From Rebecca billardiae RCC1528 (taxonomy: Eukaryota > Protista > Haptophyta): 64,000 nucleotides of DNA. Positions 45,002 through 56,824 of the stretch are shown in pieces. Under the pieces are notes generated by a model. It did no database searches and was not told the DNA's origin. It saw nothing but the letters and a program-made list of their open reading frames with translations. The stretch lies in assembly GCA_965240325.2 (NCBI GenBank), contig OZ251230.1, forward strand, positions 372,001-436,000, in the 5' to 3' direction. How positions within the stretch are numbered: the first letter of the stretch is position 1; each line of letters opens with the position of its first letter. Both the position numbers and the translations under genes were made by a program.

Positions 45002-46896
45002 ATGTACGAGCACCAGGCGAGCTTCCTCCAGCAGCTGAAGCAGCGGCGCGCGCCGCCCACCGCGCAGCCGGGCATGCGCACCCGCGCGCCCGGGCCATCG
45101 AGCCGCGACGATTCGCACAGCCCGCTGGCAGCCGGGGGCGGGCACATGTCGCGCGTGCAGCCGAACGCCGCGGCGCTGCGGCCGAGCGCGCGCGCCACGC
45201 CCGCCTCGCCGGTGGCGGCCGGCGGCGGTGGCCCTTCGCGGGCGGCGCCATCGCGCGGCCACAAGCTGGTCTCGTCGGCGCGCGCGAGCGCCGACCCCGC
45301 CGCGCCCGCAGCGACGGCGACGGCGTGCGCCGCATCGGCGCGCATGCCTGCGCGCGACGCGCGCGCGCCCAAGCCCGCGCCGCACGCGGGAGCGGCCGTG
45401 CCCGCGCCGCGGCACGCCGGCTCGGCCACGTCGCCGGGCATACGGCCGCAGCCGCCGCCCGCCCGACCTGCCCGTGCCGACCTCGCCCAGCGCGCGCCGC
45501 GCCTCGTGCCGCGCGCGCCTGCAGCCGGCGCCTGCGTGCCGCAGCCCTTGGATGCCGGGCACGCGCGCGGCGGCAAGGCGCGCGCCGAGGAGGCGGGCCA
45601 CGTCGGCGCCGCGCGGCTGGGCGGCGATGCCGCGACTGGCGCCCCGCCGCACGCTCGCCCCGCTGCATCGCAGCCGCCGCCCAAGCGCCAGCGCACGCGC
45701 GCGCGCGCACCCCCGAGCGCGCATGCGCTGCCGAGTGCCGCAGCGGCTGCGGGCGGTGGCGCGGAGCCAGCGGCAGCGGCGGTGCCGACGCCGGCGCCGG
45801 ACGCTGTTCCCGCGCCCGCGAGCCGCTCGCGCCCGCCGGCGCCCGCCGTGCCCGCGCCCGACCCGCGCCCCTCGCCATCCGACCCCCCGACCGGCGCCCC
45901 GCCGCCCGGCGCTCGCGCTCGGCCGGCGCGCGCGCGTCCCGACGGCGCGCCGCACGGGGCCGCCGCCCCCTCCTCCTCCTCCGCGCGACCGCGGAGCGGC
46001 GCGCGCTCGCGTGGCGGCGCGGCGGCGCGCGCGGCGGCGGGCGCGCAGGCGTCGGCCGCGGGCGCGGAGAGCCGCCGCGCGAGCGCGCAGCCCTCGGCCG
46101 CGGGCGCTGAGAGCGGCGGCGGCGGCGGCGCCCACGCGTGCGCGCGCCGCGCGCGCGCCGCCGCCGCGGCCACGGCGCCCGTCGGCGCCGAGGGCGCGCG
46201 GAGCGGATCGCCGGGCGCGGCCGTCTCGGGCGCCGCATCCGACGACGGCGCCGACGGCGAGGACGCGCCCAAGCAGAAGCGCAGCGCGGCGGCGATGGAC
46301 GCCGCCAACGACTCTCACGATTCGGACGAGCAGCCGGCAGCGCGCGCGGCCGACGCGCGGCGGCGCGCGGCTCGCGAGCGCGGCGGCGGCGCTGCCGTCC
46401 GCGAGCGCGTCGCCCCGTCCGCGCGCGCGCAGCCCGCGCGCGGCGCGCCAAGCGCCCCGCCGAGCGCGCAGCCGAACACCGCGGCGCGCCCGCCGTGCGC
46501 CGTCGAGTTCGAGGTGGGCGCGCGCGTGCTGGGCCGGTGGCGCGCCAAGCGGCGCTGGTGGGCGGGCGTGGTCGAGGCGGTGCACGCCACCGGCACGGGC
46601 GAGGCGCGGTACGACGTGCGGTACGACGACGGCGACCACGAGCGCCGGCTGCGGCCGAGCCTGCTGCGCCACTACCGCGAGGAGGCGGGCGCGTCGGCGC
46701 CGGCCGCGTCGGCGCCGACGCTCGCCGACGCCAACGCCGAGGCGGCGCGCCCGCCCGCGGACGCTGCCGCGCAGCAGCCGCAGCAGCCGCAGCAGCCGCA
46801 GCAGCCGCAGCAGCCGCAGCAGCCGCAGCAGCCGCAGCAGCCGCAGCAGCCGCAGCAGCCGCAGCAGCCGCAGCAGCCGCAGCAGCCGCAGCAGCC

Positions 46897-46953
<57 letters not shown>

Positions 46954-49107
46954 GCAGCCGGCACAGCTGCCGCCCGCTCCCGGCTGCGACCTCGACGGGG
47001 GCGCGCACGGCGGCGGCGGCGACGACGGCGCGGAGGCGGCCGCCGTGGACAGCGACGCCGACGAAGCGCCAGCGGAGGAGGGCGGCGGGCGCGGCTCCGG
47101 CGCGGCCGCTCGCTCCGGCACGCCGCGCGCCGCCGAGGCCGACGCGCGCGGCGGCGGGCGGCGCGCTCGCGCGGCGCGCGCCGCCGCGGCCCCTGCGACG
47201 CCGCTGGCGCCGCCCCCGCCAGCCACGCCCGCGGCCGCTACGCCCTCGCGCGCCAAGCGCGCGCGCGCGTCGCCCCCGCCCGAGCCGCCGGCCCCCGCGA
47301 GCGCGGCGACCGCAACCCCCGCCGCCTCCACCGACGCCGCGCCCGGCGCCCTCGCCACGGACGCGCCGTCCGTCGCCGCGACGCGCTCGACGCTGCTGGC
47401 GCGCATGCACGCGTCCGACGGCGCGTGCGCGGCCGCCGCCGCCGCCGCGGCGCCGACGGGCGGCGGCGCGTGGCTCGAGCCGGACCCGAGCCTCGGCGTG
47501 TGCGCGGCGGAGCACGGCGGCGTCGCGAGCGCGCGCGGCGTCACGCGCGAGCTCGTCAGCCTCCTGAGCGGCACGCTGGAGCACGGAGAGAACTCGAGTG
47601 CGCTGCTGCTTGGGCCGCGCGGCGCGGGCAAGGCGCGCGCGGTGCGCGCGGCGCTCGGCGCGCTGCGCGCGCGGTGCGACGCGCACGCGGGCTTCCAGGT
47701 GGTCGAGCTGAGCGGCGGGCTGCTGCACGACGACAGCGCCGCGCTGCTCGAGGTGGCGCGCCAGCTCTCCCTCGAGAACGAGCTCGCCGCGTCGGGCGGT
47801 CTCTCGTTCGCGGCCGGTCTGAGGCGCGTGCTGCAGCTGCTGCGCGCCGCTTCCGACGCGCGGCAGGCGGTGGTGTTCGTGCTGCACGGGTTCGAGGCGT
47901 TCGCGGCGCGGCCGAAGCAGACGCTGCTGTACACGCTGCTCGACCTGTGCCAGTCCACCGCCGCGCAGATCGCCGTGCTCGGCCTCGCCACCCGGTTAGA
48001 CGCCGTCGACCGTCTCGAGAAGCGCGTGCGCTCGCGCTTCAGTGGACGGCAGCTGCTGCTGCCGCCGATCAGCGAGGGGCGCGACGTGGCGTACGCGCTG
48101 GGCGCGGTGCTCTCGCTGCCGCGCGGCGAGGAGGGGTACCGCCAGTTCTGCGCGCTCGCCCCGCGCGGCGCCGCCGCCGCCGCCGCGCTCATGCCCCGCG
48201 CCCAGTACGAGGCGCACGCGGCCGCGTGGCACGCGCGGCTCGGCGGCGCGCTGCGCTCGGACGCTGTGCGCGCGTGGGCGGACGCGCGCGCGGCGCTCGG
48301 CTGCTCGCACGCCCAGATTCGCGCCAAGGTGCGCGCGCCGCGCGCCGCCGCGCCGCCGAGCGGCCAAACGGCGCCGCCGCCCGCCCGCGCACGGGCAGGC
48401 ACGCGCCCAGCCAGGGCGCGAAGCCCACCCTCCCCACCGGCGAGCGCCGCGCCCGCGCCGCGCCGCGCCGCGGCTCGCTCACCGCGCCGCGCGCCGCCGC
48501 GCGCCGCGCGCCGCAGGCGCACGCCATCCTCGCCGCGCTCTCGCCGGCGTCGCCCGGCGTGAGCGAGTCCCTCGTGTGCGAGCCCACGCCGGGCGCCATG
48601 CCCGACAGCGCGGCCGAGTGCCTGCGCGACCTCTCGCTGATGGACCTGATCTGTCTGATTGCGCTGCACAGGCTGCGCGCGGCAGACAAGCCGCAGCCGC
48701 ACACGTTCGGTGCGCGCGCGCGCGCGCAGCTGCGCGGTGGCGCGCGGTGGCGAGGCGGGCCGTGCTCACGCGCCGGCTGCGCGCGCGCGCCCGCCCGCCG
48801 CGCCCCGCCCCGCCCCGCCCCGCCCGCAGCCGGCGCGCTGCAGGAGTACTCAGCGTTCGTGGCGAGCGTGCCCGGCCAGCTCCAGTTCCGCTACCCCAAG
48901 CAGGCGCTGCTCAAGTCGTTCGAGTACCTGCAGGAGCTCGGGCTGGTGAGCGCGCGGCAGGCGCAGGCGCACGTGCTGCGCGACCACGTGCCCGTGCGCA
49001 TCACCGTCTCCGCCGACGAGCTCCGCCGCTACCTCCGGCAGGAGGCGGCGTGCCCGATGATTGTGCAGCGCTGGGGCACCACGTTCATCGATGCGGTCGT
49101 GCGCTGA
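45002..49107 (+). CDS. ORC4: Origin recognition complex subunit 4 with long N-terminal extension containing a Tudor domain, ~1265 aa
   Basis: Exons 45002-48328, 48517-48709, 48830-49107. GENSSALLLGPRGAGK, KQTLLYTLLD, LEKRVRSRFSGRQ, winged-helix LRDLSLMDLICLIA and LLKSFEYLQELGL. Confidence 0.88.
46772..46960 (+). repeat. Coding (CAGCAGCCG)n + (CAG)n repeat (QQP / polyQ) in ORC4
   Basis: Direct reading. Confidence 0.95.
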
Positions 49108-49590
49108 GACGGGCGCGGGCGGGCGGGGCGGGGCTCGGGCTCGGGCGGGCCGAGGCCGGCGTGGCCGCGCGACCGGCGGCGCTCTCAGCTCCGGGATCGG
49201 CGCGCTGGCCCGGCCTGGCGCCATGGTTACAGCCGGCGGCTGAGCCCGACAGCGCGGCGGCGCATGAGAGTGATGAGATCAACTGGCACCGACTACCTAG
49301 GCGTACCGTCGTGCTTGGCCTGGGCTCTGGCGCGAGTCGCGCTGCGACTTGAGACGCGACCCACGACATGGAAGCGGATGCCGGTGCTGAGCAGGTGGTG
49401 CGATGAAGAGGCTGCTGTGACATGATGCATTCCTGGAGTAGGCGGGCAGCCATGCTGAAGTTGGCAACTGGTCGACGCGAGTCCGGTGTGCACGTCCGGA
49501 CTCAAGCGGTCGTTTCTTTTTTGCAAAAAAGAAAAAAGGGAGGAAGCCAGCAGGGCGGCTCGCCGTTATCTTGGCTCCAAGCGAGCCACC

Positions 49591-52553
49591 ATGCCGGCGA
49601 AGCAGAAGCGGGTGCGCGGGGCGTACGAGCGCCTGCGCCGCCGCTCTGGCGGCATTTGCGACGCAGACGTCAGCCGTCCGCTCGGCCCGTCAGCCAGCTG
49701 CTCACGCGATGGGGCCCACGCGCACGCGCGCGCGTGCGCATCGTGTTGCCCGCGCGCAGGCGCCCAAGCGCACAGAGCTGGTCGAGGAGCCAGTGGATCA
49801 GCCCGAGTATGAGGACCCGCACGAGGGGCACCAGATCATCCCTGGGAATGAGTGGGAGCCGGTGCGTGGCGACTCGCCCTCGCTCGCGCCCGCCGCCGCG
49901 CGCGGTCGGTCTGAGCGAGCGTCGCGCGTGTGCGCTGACCTCGCGGCGGGCTTGCTCGTGCCGGCCGCCCGCGCGCGCAGCCGAGGATGATCATGAAGCC
50001 GCCGGGTCAGGTGCCCGACCTCACCGAGAAGGACCTGAGCGAGGAGCACACGCGCGTGCTCAAGGCGGACAACCCGCAGGCGCCCGACAACCTGGCGCGC
50101 TTCAACCACAAGGAGAAGTGCTACAAGTTCGACCCGACGGTGGACCAGACGGCGATCGCGCTGACCCTCGAGGGGTGTGCGCACGGCGCGCGCGAGCCCG
50201 AGCGCTAGCCGCCGCGGGCGGCACGCGGGCGGCACGCGGGCGGCGCGCGCGCGCGCGAGCGCGGCGCGTGGCCTTGCGCGCGGCGCGGCGGCGCTGAGCG
50301 CGGCTCGTGCGCGCGTGCGGGCGCCACGCGCGCGCGCAGGCTGCTGCTGCACACGGACAGCGACGACCTGAAGCGGCAGAAGGTGGCGGAGGAGATGGAG
50401 CGCGAGGCGATCCTCAAGGAGAACGAGAGGCGCAAGGCCGAGAGCGGCGAGCAGGCCGACGCGGACGACGCGCGCGGGCTGCGCAACCAGTTCAACTTCT
50501 CCGAGCGCGCCTCGCAGACGCTCAACGCTGGCACGCGCGAGCGCGGCACCATCACCGAGCCGCCCGCGTCGGTGGAGTACGCGGCGATCGCGACGCAGTG
50601 GGAGATCTACGACTCGTACATGGAGGACCAGGAGCGGCAGAAGCAGGCGAAGGAGAAGTCCAAGTCGAAGAAGGGCGCGGAGGAGGCGGCGGACGGCAAG
50701 GGCGGCGCAGGCGACGAGTCGGAGGACCTCGTGCACTCGGAGACGGTCGGGCAGGCGGCGAAGATCCTCGAGCGGATGGTGAACCAGAACGCGTGCGACG
50801 AGGCGACGATGGACTACAAGTACTGGGAGGACGCCTCCGACGCGTACCGCGAGGGCGAGGGCACGCTCCTCCCGCTGTGGAAGTTTGGCACCGAGAAGGC
50901 GAAGCGCAAGCACGTCACCTCGATCCAGTGGAACCCGGCGTACGACGACATGTTCGTCGTGGGGTACGGCTCGTACGACTTCATGAAGCAGGGGAGCGGG
51001 CTGATCTGCGGGTTCTCGCTCAAGAACCACAGCTACCCCGAGTTCACCTTCACCACCGAGACGGGCGTGATGTGCCTCGACTGGCACCCCGTGCATCAGT
51101 CCCTGCTGTGCGTGGGGTTGTACGACGGCACCGTCTGCGTCTTTGACGTGCACCAGGTGCGCCACCGCGGCCGGGCGCACGGGGGGCGGAGCGCGCGCCG
51201 GGCGGGACGTTGCGAGGCGCGCGCGCGCGCGCGCGCGCGCGCTCGTCGCCGCTCACCGCGCCACGCCCCGTGCCTGCCCCCGCCCTGCGCGCAGGCGAAG
51301 AACGTGCCGATCTTCCAGTCGACCGTGAAGACGGGCAAACACACCGACCCGGTGTGGGAGGTCAAGTGGCAGGAGGAGGACCTCGCGAAGAACCTCAACT
51401 TCTTCTCGGTCTCGTCGGACGGGCGGGTGACGCTGTGGACGCTGGGGAAGAACAACCTCGAGTACTCCGACGTGATGGAGCTCAAGCTCGTCGGCGCCTC
51501 GGAGGCGCAGGCGGACGACGAGGTCGCGCTGTGTGGGCTGGCGGGCGGCTCGTGCTTCGACTTCAACCGGCAGTCGGAGCACCTCTTCATGGTGGGCACG
51601 GAGGAGGGCAAGATCCACAAGTGCTCCAAGGCGTACAACTCGCAGTACCTCGAGACGTACGACTCGCACCACATGGCCGTGTACACCGTCCGGTGGAACC
51701 ACTTCCACCCGGACGTGTTTGTCTCGTGCTCGGCCGACTGGACGGTCAAGGTGTGGGACCACCGCGCCAAGCACCCGCGCATGTCGTACGACCTCAACAA
51801 CCAGGTGGGCGACGTGGCGTGGACGCCGTGGTCGAGCACCACGTTTGCCGCGTGCACCGCGGACGGCAAGGTGCGCGCCACGCGACGCGGCGCGACGAGC
51901 CCTGCGCGCGCGCGCGCGCGCCACCCGCGCGCCTCGGCGCGCGCTCACTCCGCGCCCCGGCCGCCCCCCCGCCTCGCCGCTGCCAGGTGCACGTCTTCGA
52001 CTTGAACGAGAACAAGAACGAGGCCATGTGCGAGCAGAAGGTGGTGCGCAAAGCGAAGCTGACCAAGCTCGCGTTCAACCACAACCCCAAGTCGCCGTGC
52101 CTGCTCGTCGGCGACGACCACGGCCTGGTGACCTCGCTCAAGCTCTCGCCCAACATGCGATGGACAGCGGGTGCGCGCCACGCGCCACGCGCCACGCGCC
52201 ACGCGCGCGCGCCCGGCTGGCGTGTGCGGCGCGTGTGCGGCGCACCCGGCGAGAGGCTTGCTGAGCGCACGCGCCTTCGCGACGCCGCGCCCGCCGCGCC
52301 CCGTCGGCGCGCAGTGAGCAAGGCCGAGGCCGAGCGCAAAGCGAAGGAGGCGGAGGAGGCGGCTGCGGCTGGCGGCCGGCCATCCCACCGCGCGCAGCCC
52401 AAAAAGGCCGCGGACGACGGCGCGCCCAAAAAGTCGCCCGAAGAGCTCGAGGTCGAGAAGCTCGACAAGATCCTCGAGGTTGCGGCAAAGACGGGCGAGT
52501 TCAACTACGCGGCGGACAACTCGGTGACCAAGGGCACCGGCGGAGAGAGCTGA
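49591..52553 (+). CDS. DNAI1: Axonemal outer-arm dynein intermediate chain 1 (IC78/IC1-type, WD40), 710 aa
   Basis: Exons 49591-49611, 49760-49861, 49981-50174, 50340-51156, 51295-51870, 51987-52170, 52315-52553. LRNQFNFSERASQT, ILERMVNQN, EGTLLPLWKF, KHTDPVWEV, GTEEGKIHKCSKAY, LKLSPNMR. Confidence 0.93.
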
Positions 52554-53194
52554 GGAGACGTGCTGGCACGAGAGCGCTGAGGCGCGCCAGGACAGATCCG
52601 CTGCCGTGGCGGCGCCGGAGGCCGCCACCTGGCTGCAGGCTCGCAGCGGCTCCAGCCAGTCCCTGTTCCAGGCTCACAGTGGCCGACGAGGGGCGCTCAG
52701 TAAGCTTTTGGAGAATGTCGTCGGCCCACTGGTGCCTGGTCCCTCGGATGGCCCGAGTGGCCCCTGGGTGCGGAGGTCGGCCGGGCCAGACGCGGGCCGG
52801 CCCGCCCCGGCCGGTCAGCGAACTCGTCAACTACATGCGGCATCCACCGCCGGGATTAGTCATCAGTCGGACGAAGCTTCATCAGTCGTCCTATACTGAG
52901 TCCTGAGACTAGCGCACGGCTACGCGACTGTACGCGGTATTAAGACGACGGCGGCGGCGCAGGCGGCATGTCGTCACTACTGTCTACTGTCTACTGACTC
53001 ACTGCTAATAGTGCTATCTATACTCCGCCTCCGGGACCGCGCGCGGATATATTGATGCTGGATATTATATTAATTATATTATTATTGCGCCATCCGCCGT
53101 CTGATGGTCCCATCCGATCACTACCATCCGGCCGTCCGCGAGTCACGCCGGCTTTTCGGGCACCGCGTGCTGAACTGTGTCGTAGACGTCGTAG

Positions 53195-53502
<308 letters not shown>

Positions 53503-54193
53503 TCGTCTATACTACCGTCTGCTACTCGGACGTGCGTAATCTAAATCACTGCTAGCTACGTAGACCTACGGTATCTCATATTGACGTATAGCTAGACGGC
53601 GACATATTAATCAGAAGCCACTGACGATATCTAACAATATTACAATAACGTACTGCTGCTCTAAGTAAGCGACGAGCAGCTTAACATTCGAGCTAGCTGG
53701 GCCTACTAACTGCTCGAGAAGTAGAAGCTAGCATCGTCGTCAGCACGAGCCACTGCCGATTGATGACGACGAGTTGCGCAGGGCATCGCCTGACCGGAAC
53801 GAGTGACGTACTGATGACAAGTGCAACTGATGCTAGCTAGGTCTGCTAGCGCCGTGACCGTCCGACAGTCATCTTAGGCTGCTGTGGCCTCTGACGATGA
53901 AACTTGAAAGTACACTCTGACTTATCATATCGCGGTTGCCCGCGCGGACGGCTGATGATCACTAGCTACTACGACAATAATTTATATTAAAATATTACTT
54001 TGTAGCCGATTAGGATGAAGGCGTGCATCACACAGCTCAGGCACCCTCCCATCAGCTCTCAGTCAGCACAGACACAGTCGCCTGGGCGAGCACGCTCGCC
54101 GGAACGTGGGCAGTATGCTCACTCCGCGCCGGCGCCGGTATGGCGTGTCACCCAACTACTTGCTGTCAAGACATCAGCCGTTGTCGCACGCCG

Positions 54194-54862
54194 TCAAGCC
54201 GCGGGCGCTGGCGTGGTCTTCGGCTTCATGGGCGCCTTGCCTGCCTTGTTGGACGGAGGCGGTGCGGTCTCCGTGTGCGCCCTGCTGCTGCCGTCAGATT
54301 TGGCGGCGTCGCTCGTGTCCTTGACGCGAGCCGGGGCCGCGGCGCGCTGAATCAAGCCCACCTTGATCTTCTTGGGCTGCTCGGGCTCGGGCTCGGGCTC
54401 AGGCTCGGGCTCGGGCTCCGGCGCGAGAGCCTCCGGCGGCACGACGACCGTCAGCACGCCGTCCACCAGCTCGGCGCTGATCTTGTCCACGTCAGAAACC
54501 GCGCGAGGCAGCGAGACCGAACGTGTGGCGGATGCGTGGCCGTTGGCGTCGGCGCGCTTGGCGTGGACGGTGAGGAGGTTCGAGTCGGCATCAACGTTGA
54601 CGCTGATCTCAGGGTAGCCCTTCAGCTCAGCGAACGTGTACTTGAGCGTCTTGGTGCCGTCCGCGCCCTCGGCCTCGACGCGGATGGCCTTGTCAGCGTT
54701 GTGCGCGCAGCGCGCGAGCGCAGTGTCGAGCTCGGCGAGGGGGTCGACGAAAGGGGCGAGGCTGAACGGGTCGAACGTCACGAGAGGGTCATGCGTACGC
54801 ATGCGCCGCGGCTGCGTCGAGCGCGCGAGGGGGAAGAGCGGCATCGGCGAGAGGGCGAACAT
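54194..54862 (-). CDS. Small heat shock protein (HSP20/alpha-crystallin domain), copy A
   Basis: TRSVSLPRAVSDVDKISAELVDGVLTVVVP, (PE)n linker, KKIKV I-x-I/V motif; 222 aa. Confidence 0.88.
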   Translation of the reverse strand: MFALSPMPLFPLARSTQPRRMRTHDPLVTFDPFSLAPFVDPLAELDTALARCAHNADKAIRVEAEGADGTKTLKYTFAELKGYPEISVNVDADSNLLTVHAKRADANGHASATRSVSLPRAVSDVDKISAELVDGVLTVVVPPEALAPEPEPEPEPEPEPEQPKKIKVGLIQRAAAPARVKDTSDAAKSDGSSRAHTETAPPPSNKAGKAPMKPKTTPAPAA

Positions 54863-54962
54863 GGCGGGAAGTGCCGTTGAGCGGGTGTCCTTGGGTGGCG
54901 TCTCGGCCGGCGTCGGAGCGGTCGTTGGCCAGGTTCCAAAGTGAGGCCACGCGCGAGCTTGC

Positions 54963-55000
54963 TCAGAAGCCAGGCTTTCGGTCAGAAGTTTCGGAAAATT
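54963..55000. promoter_or_regulatory. Candidate heat-shock element in the shared HSP20 promoter
   Basis: Alternating GAA/TTC units, e.g. AGAAGTTTCGGAAAATTGC, between the divergent HSP20 ATGs; imperfect match. Confidence 0.45.
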
Positions 55001-55155
55001 GCCAGGTCGAGATGCGCGTCGCGTCGAGAGCGACTCGCGTCTCGACCTGTCCGGAGAAAATCTGAAATCTCGCAGCGCGGTCACACGCCAACGACCGCTC
55101 CGACGCCGACCGACGCCACCCGTGGAAGGACACCCGCTCACCGACACTTCCCGCC

Positions 55156-55824
55156 ATGTTCGCCCTCTCGCCGATGCCACTCTTCCCCCTCGCGCGCTCG
55201 ACGCAGCCGCGGCGCAAGCGTACGCATGACTCTCTCGTGACGTTCGACCCGTTCAGCCTCGCCCCTTTCGTTGACCCCCTCGCCGAGCTCGACACTGCGC
55301 TCGCGCGCTGCGCGCACAACGCTGACAAGGCCATCCGCGTCGAGGCCGAGGGCGCGGACGGCAACAAGACGCTCAAGTACACGTTCGCTGAGCTGAAGGG
55401 CTACCCTGAGATCAGCGTCAACGTTGATGCCGACTCGAACCTCCTCACCGTCCACGCCAAGCGCGCCGACGCCAACGGCCACGCATCCGCCACACGTTCG
55501 GTCTCGCTGCCTCGCGCGGTTTCTGACGTGGACAAGATCGGCGCCGAGCTGGTGGACGGCGTGCTGACGGTCGTCGTGCCGCCGGAGGCTCTCGCGCCGG
55601 AGCCCGAGCCCGAGCCTGAGCCCGAGCCCGAGCCCGAGCAGCCCAAGAAGATCAAGGTGGGCTTGATTCAGCGCGCCGCGGCCCCGGCTCGCGTCAAGGA
55701 CACGAGCGACGCCGCCAAATCTGACGGCAGCAGCAGGGCGCACACGGAGACCGCACCGCCTCCGTCCAACAAGGCAGGCAAGGCGCCCATGAAGCCGAAG
55801 ACCACGCCAGCGCCCGCGGCTTGA
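55156..55824 (+). CDS. Small heat shock protein (HSP20), copy B
   Basis: 222 aa; differs from copy A at 4 residues (M/K, P/S, T/N, S/G). Confidence 0.88.
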   Translation: MFALSPMPLFPLARSTQPRRKRTHDSLVTFDPFSLAPFVDPLAELDTALARCAHNADKAIRVEAEGADGNKTLKYTFAELKGYPEISVNVDADSNLLTVHAKRADANGHASATRSVSLPRAVSDVDKIGAELVDGVLTVVVPPEALAPEPEPEPEPEPEPEQPKKIKVGLIQRAAAPARVKDTSDAAKSDGSSRAHTETAPPPSNKAGKAPMKPKTTPAPAA

Positions 55825-56688
55825 CGGCGTGCGACAACGGCTGATGTTTCAGCATCAAGAGAGCCCGTACTGCCATGCCGATACGTCCCGGCGAGCGTGC
55901 TTGCCCAGGCTACTGTACTGTCCTGACAGCTGATGGGAGGGTGCCTGAGCTGTGTGCACGCCTTCATCCGCCGAATAGACGCTTCAATAAACAGCGATGA
56001 TATACATATACATATACATATATACATATATCCTCGTCAGTCGTATTACTAGTAGGGCACCGCATCAACTGATCCGAATAGCTAGTCGTCCGCGGATCAA
56101 TGATTCAATCCGATCAGATCTGAGTACAGAGTAGTGAGTACTGAGTGGCCCCGGAGCCGATGGCCGTGCCCGTAGGCCATAAGGACTATATCAAGGTGTT
56201 ACTCGATATTCATCTCGAATCTGGCGAGCCGAACATATCGTAGCCGAGCAGTGGCGAGTCAGGCCACGGCCGGTGGGTTAGTGACGGCCCTGACGCGACG
56301 AGATTGCGACGATATTGACTGCTACTAGCTAGCGCAGGCGACTACTAGACTAGCAGCGCCAGCGGCTCTCGACTTCTCGTCTGCTCTGTCTCTCTATCAG
56401 TTACTGCTGTTCATTCAGTAACAGCTATATATATAGCTATTGGCATCTCGTGACAGTCTGGCACTGACACCGTGACGACTCACCGCCGTCGGCGTCATGC
56501 GCCGATGCGGCCGCCCGCGCCAGCGGCCGGCGGACCGGACTGCTGGCTGACTGACTGCTGCTCGGTCCGAGCATCATTGTAGTATTATCAGGGCTCCGCC
56601 AGCGCGGCATGATCGGTCGACTTCATCAGTCAGAGTAGTCACCGCCATGTCATCATCGGCTGCTCCACCTCGTCCGGCTCGTAACCAC

Positions 56689-56789
56689 CACGCGCGGTTC
56701 GAGCCGCGCACTCGATGGTCCGCCCAAGATGCTGCGCCATCACGCGCGGTTCGAGCCGCGCACTCGATGGGCCGCCCGAGATGCTGCGC
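56689..56789. repeat. Two tandem 52-bp units each containing a GCGCGG-TTCGAG-CCGCGC hairpin
   Basis: CACGCGCGGTTCGAGCCGCGCACTCGATGG at 56689 and 56741. Confidence 0.8.
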
Positions 56790-56824
56790 GCGCCCCTTGC
56801 CGAAGACCTCGCCACGGGCAACGA

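Larger units (their letters stand above)
54013..55969. repeat. ~2-kb inverted duplication holding two HSP20 genes
   Basis: Arms match from GGATGAAGGCGTGCA (54013) to its complement ending 55969; central hairpin CAGGTCGAGA...TCTCGACCTG at 55003-55049. Confidence 0.92.
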
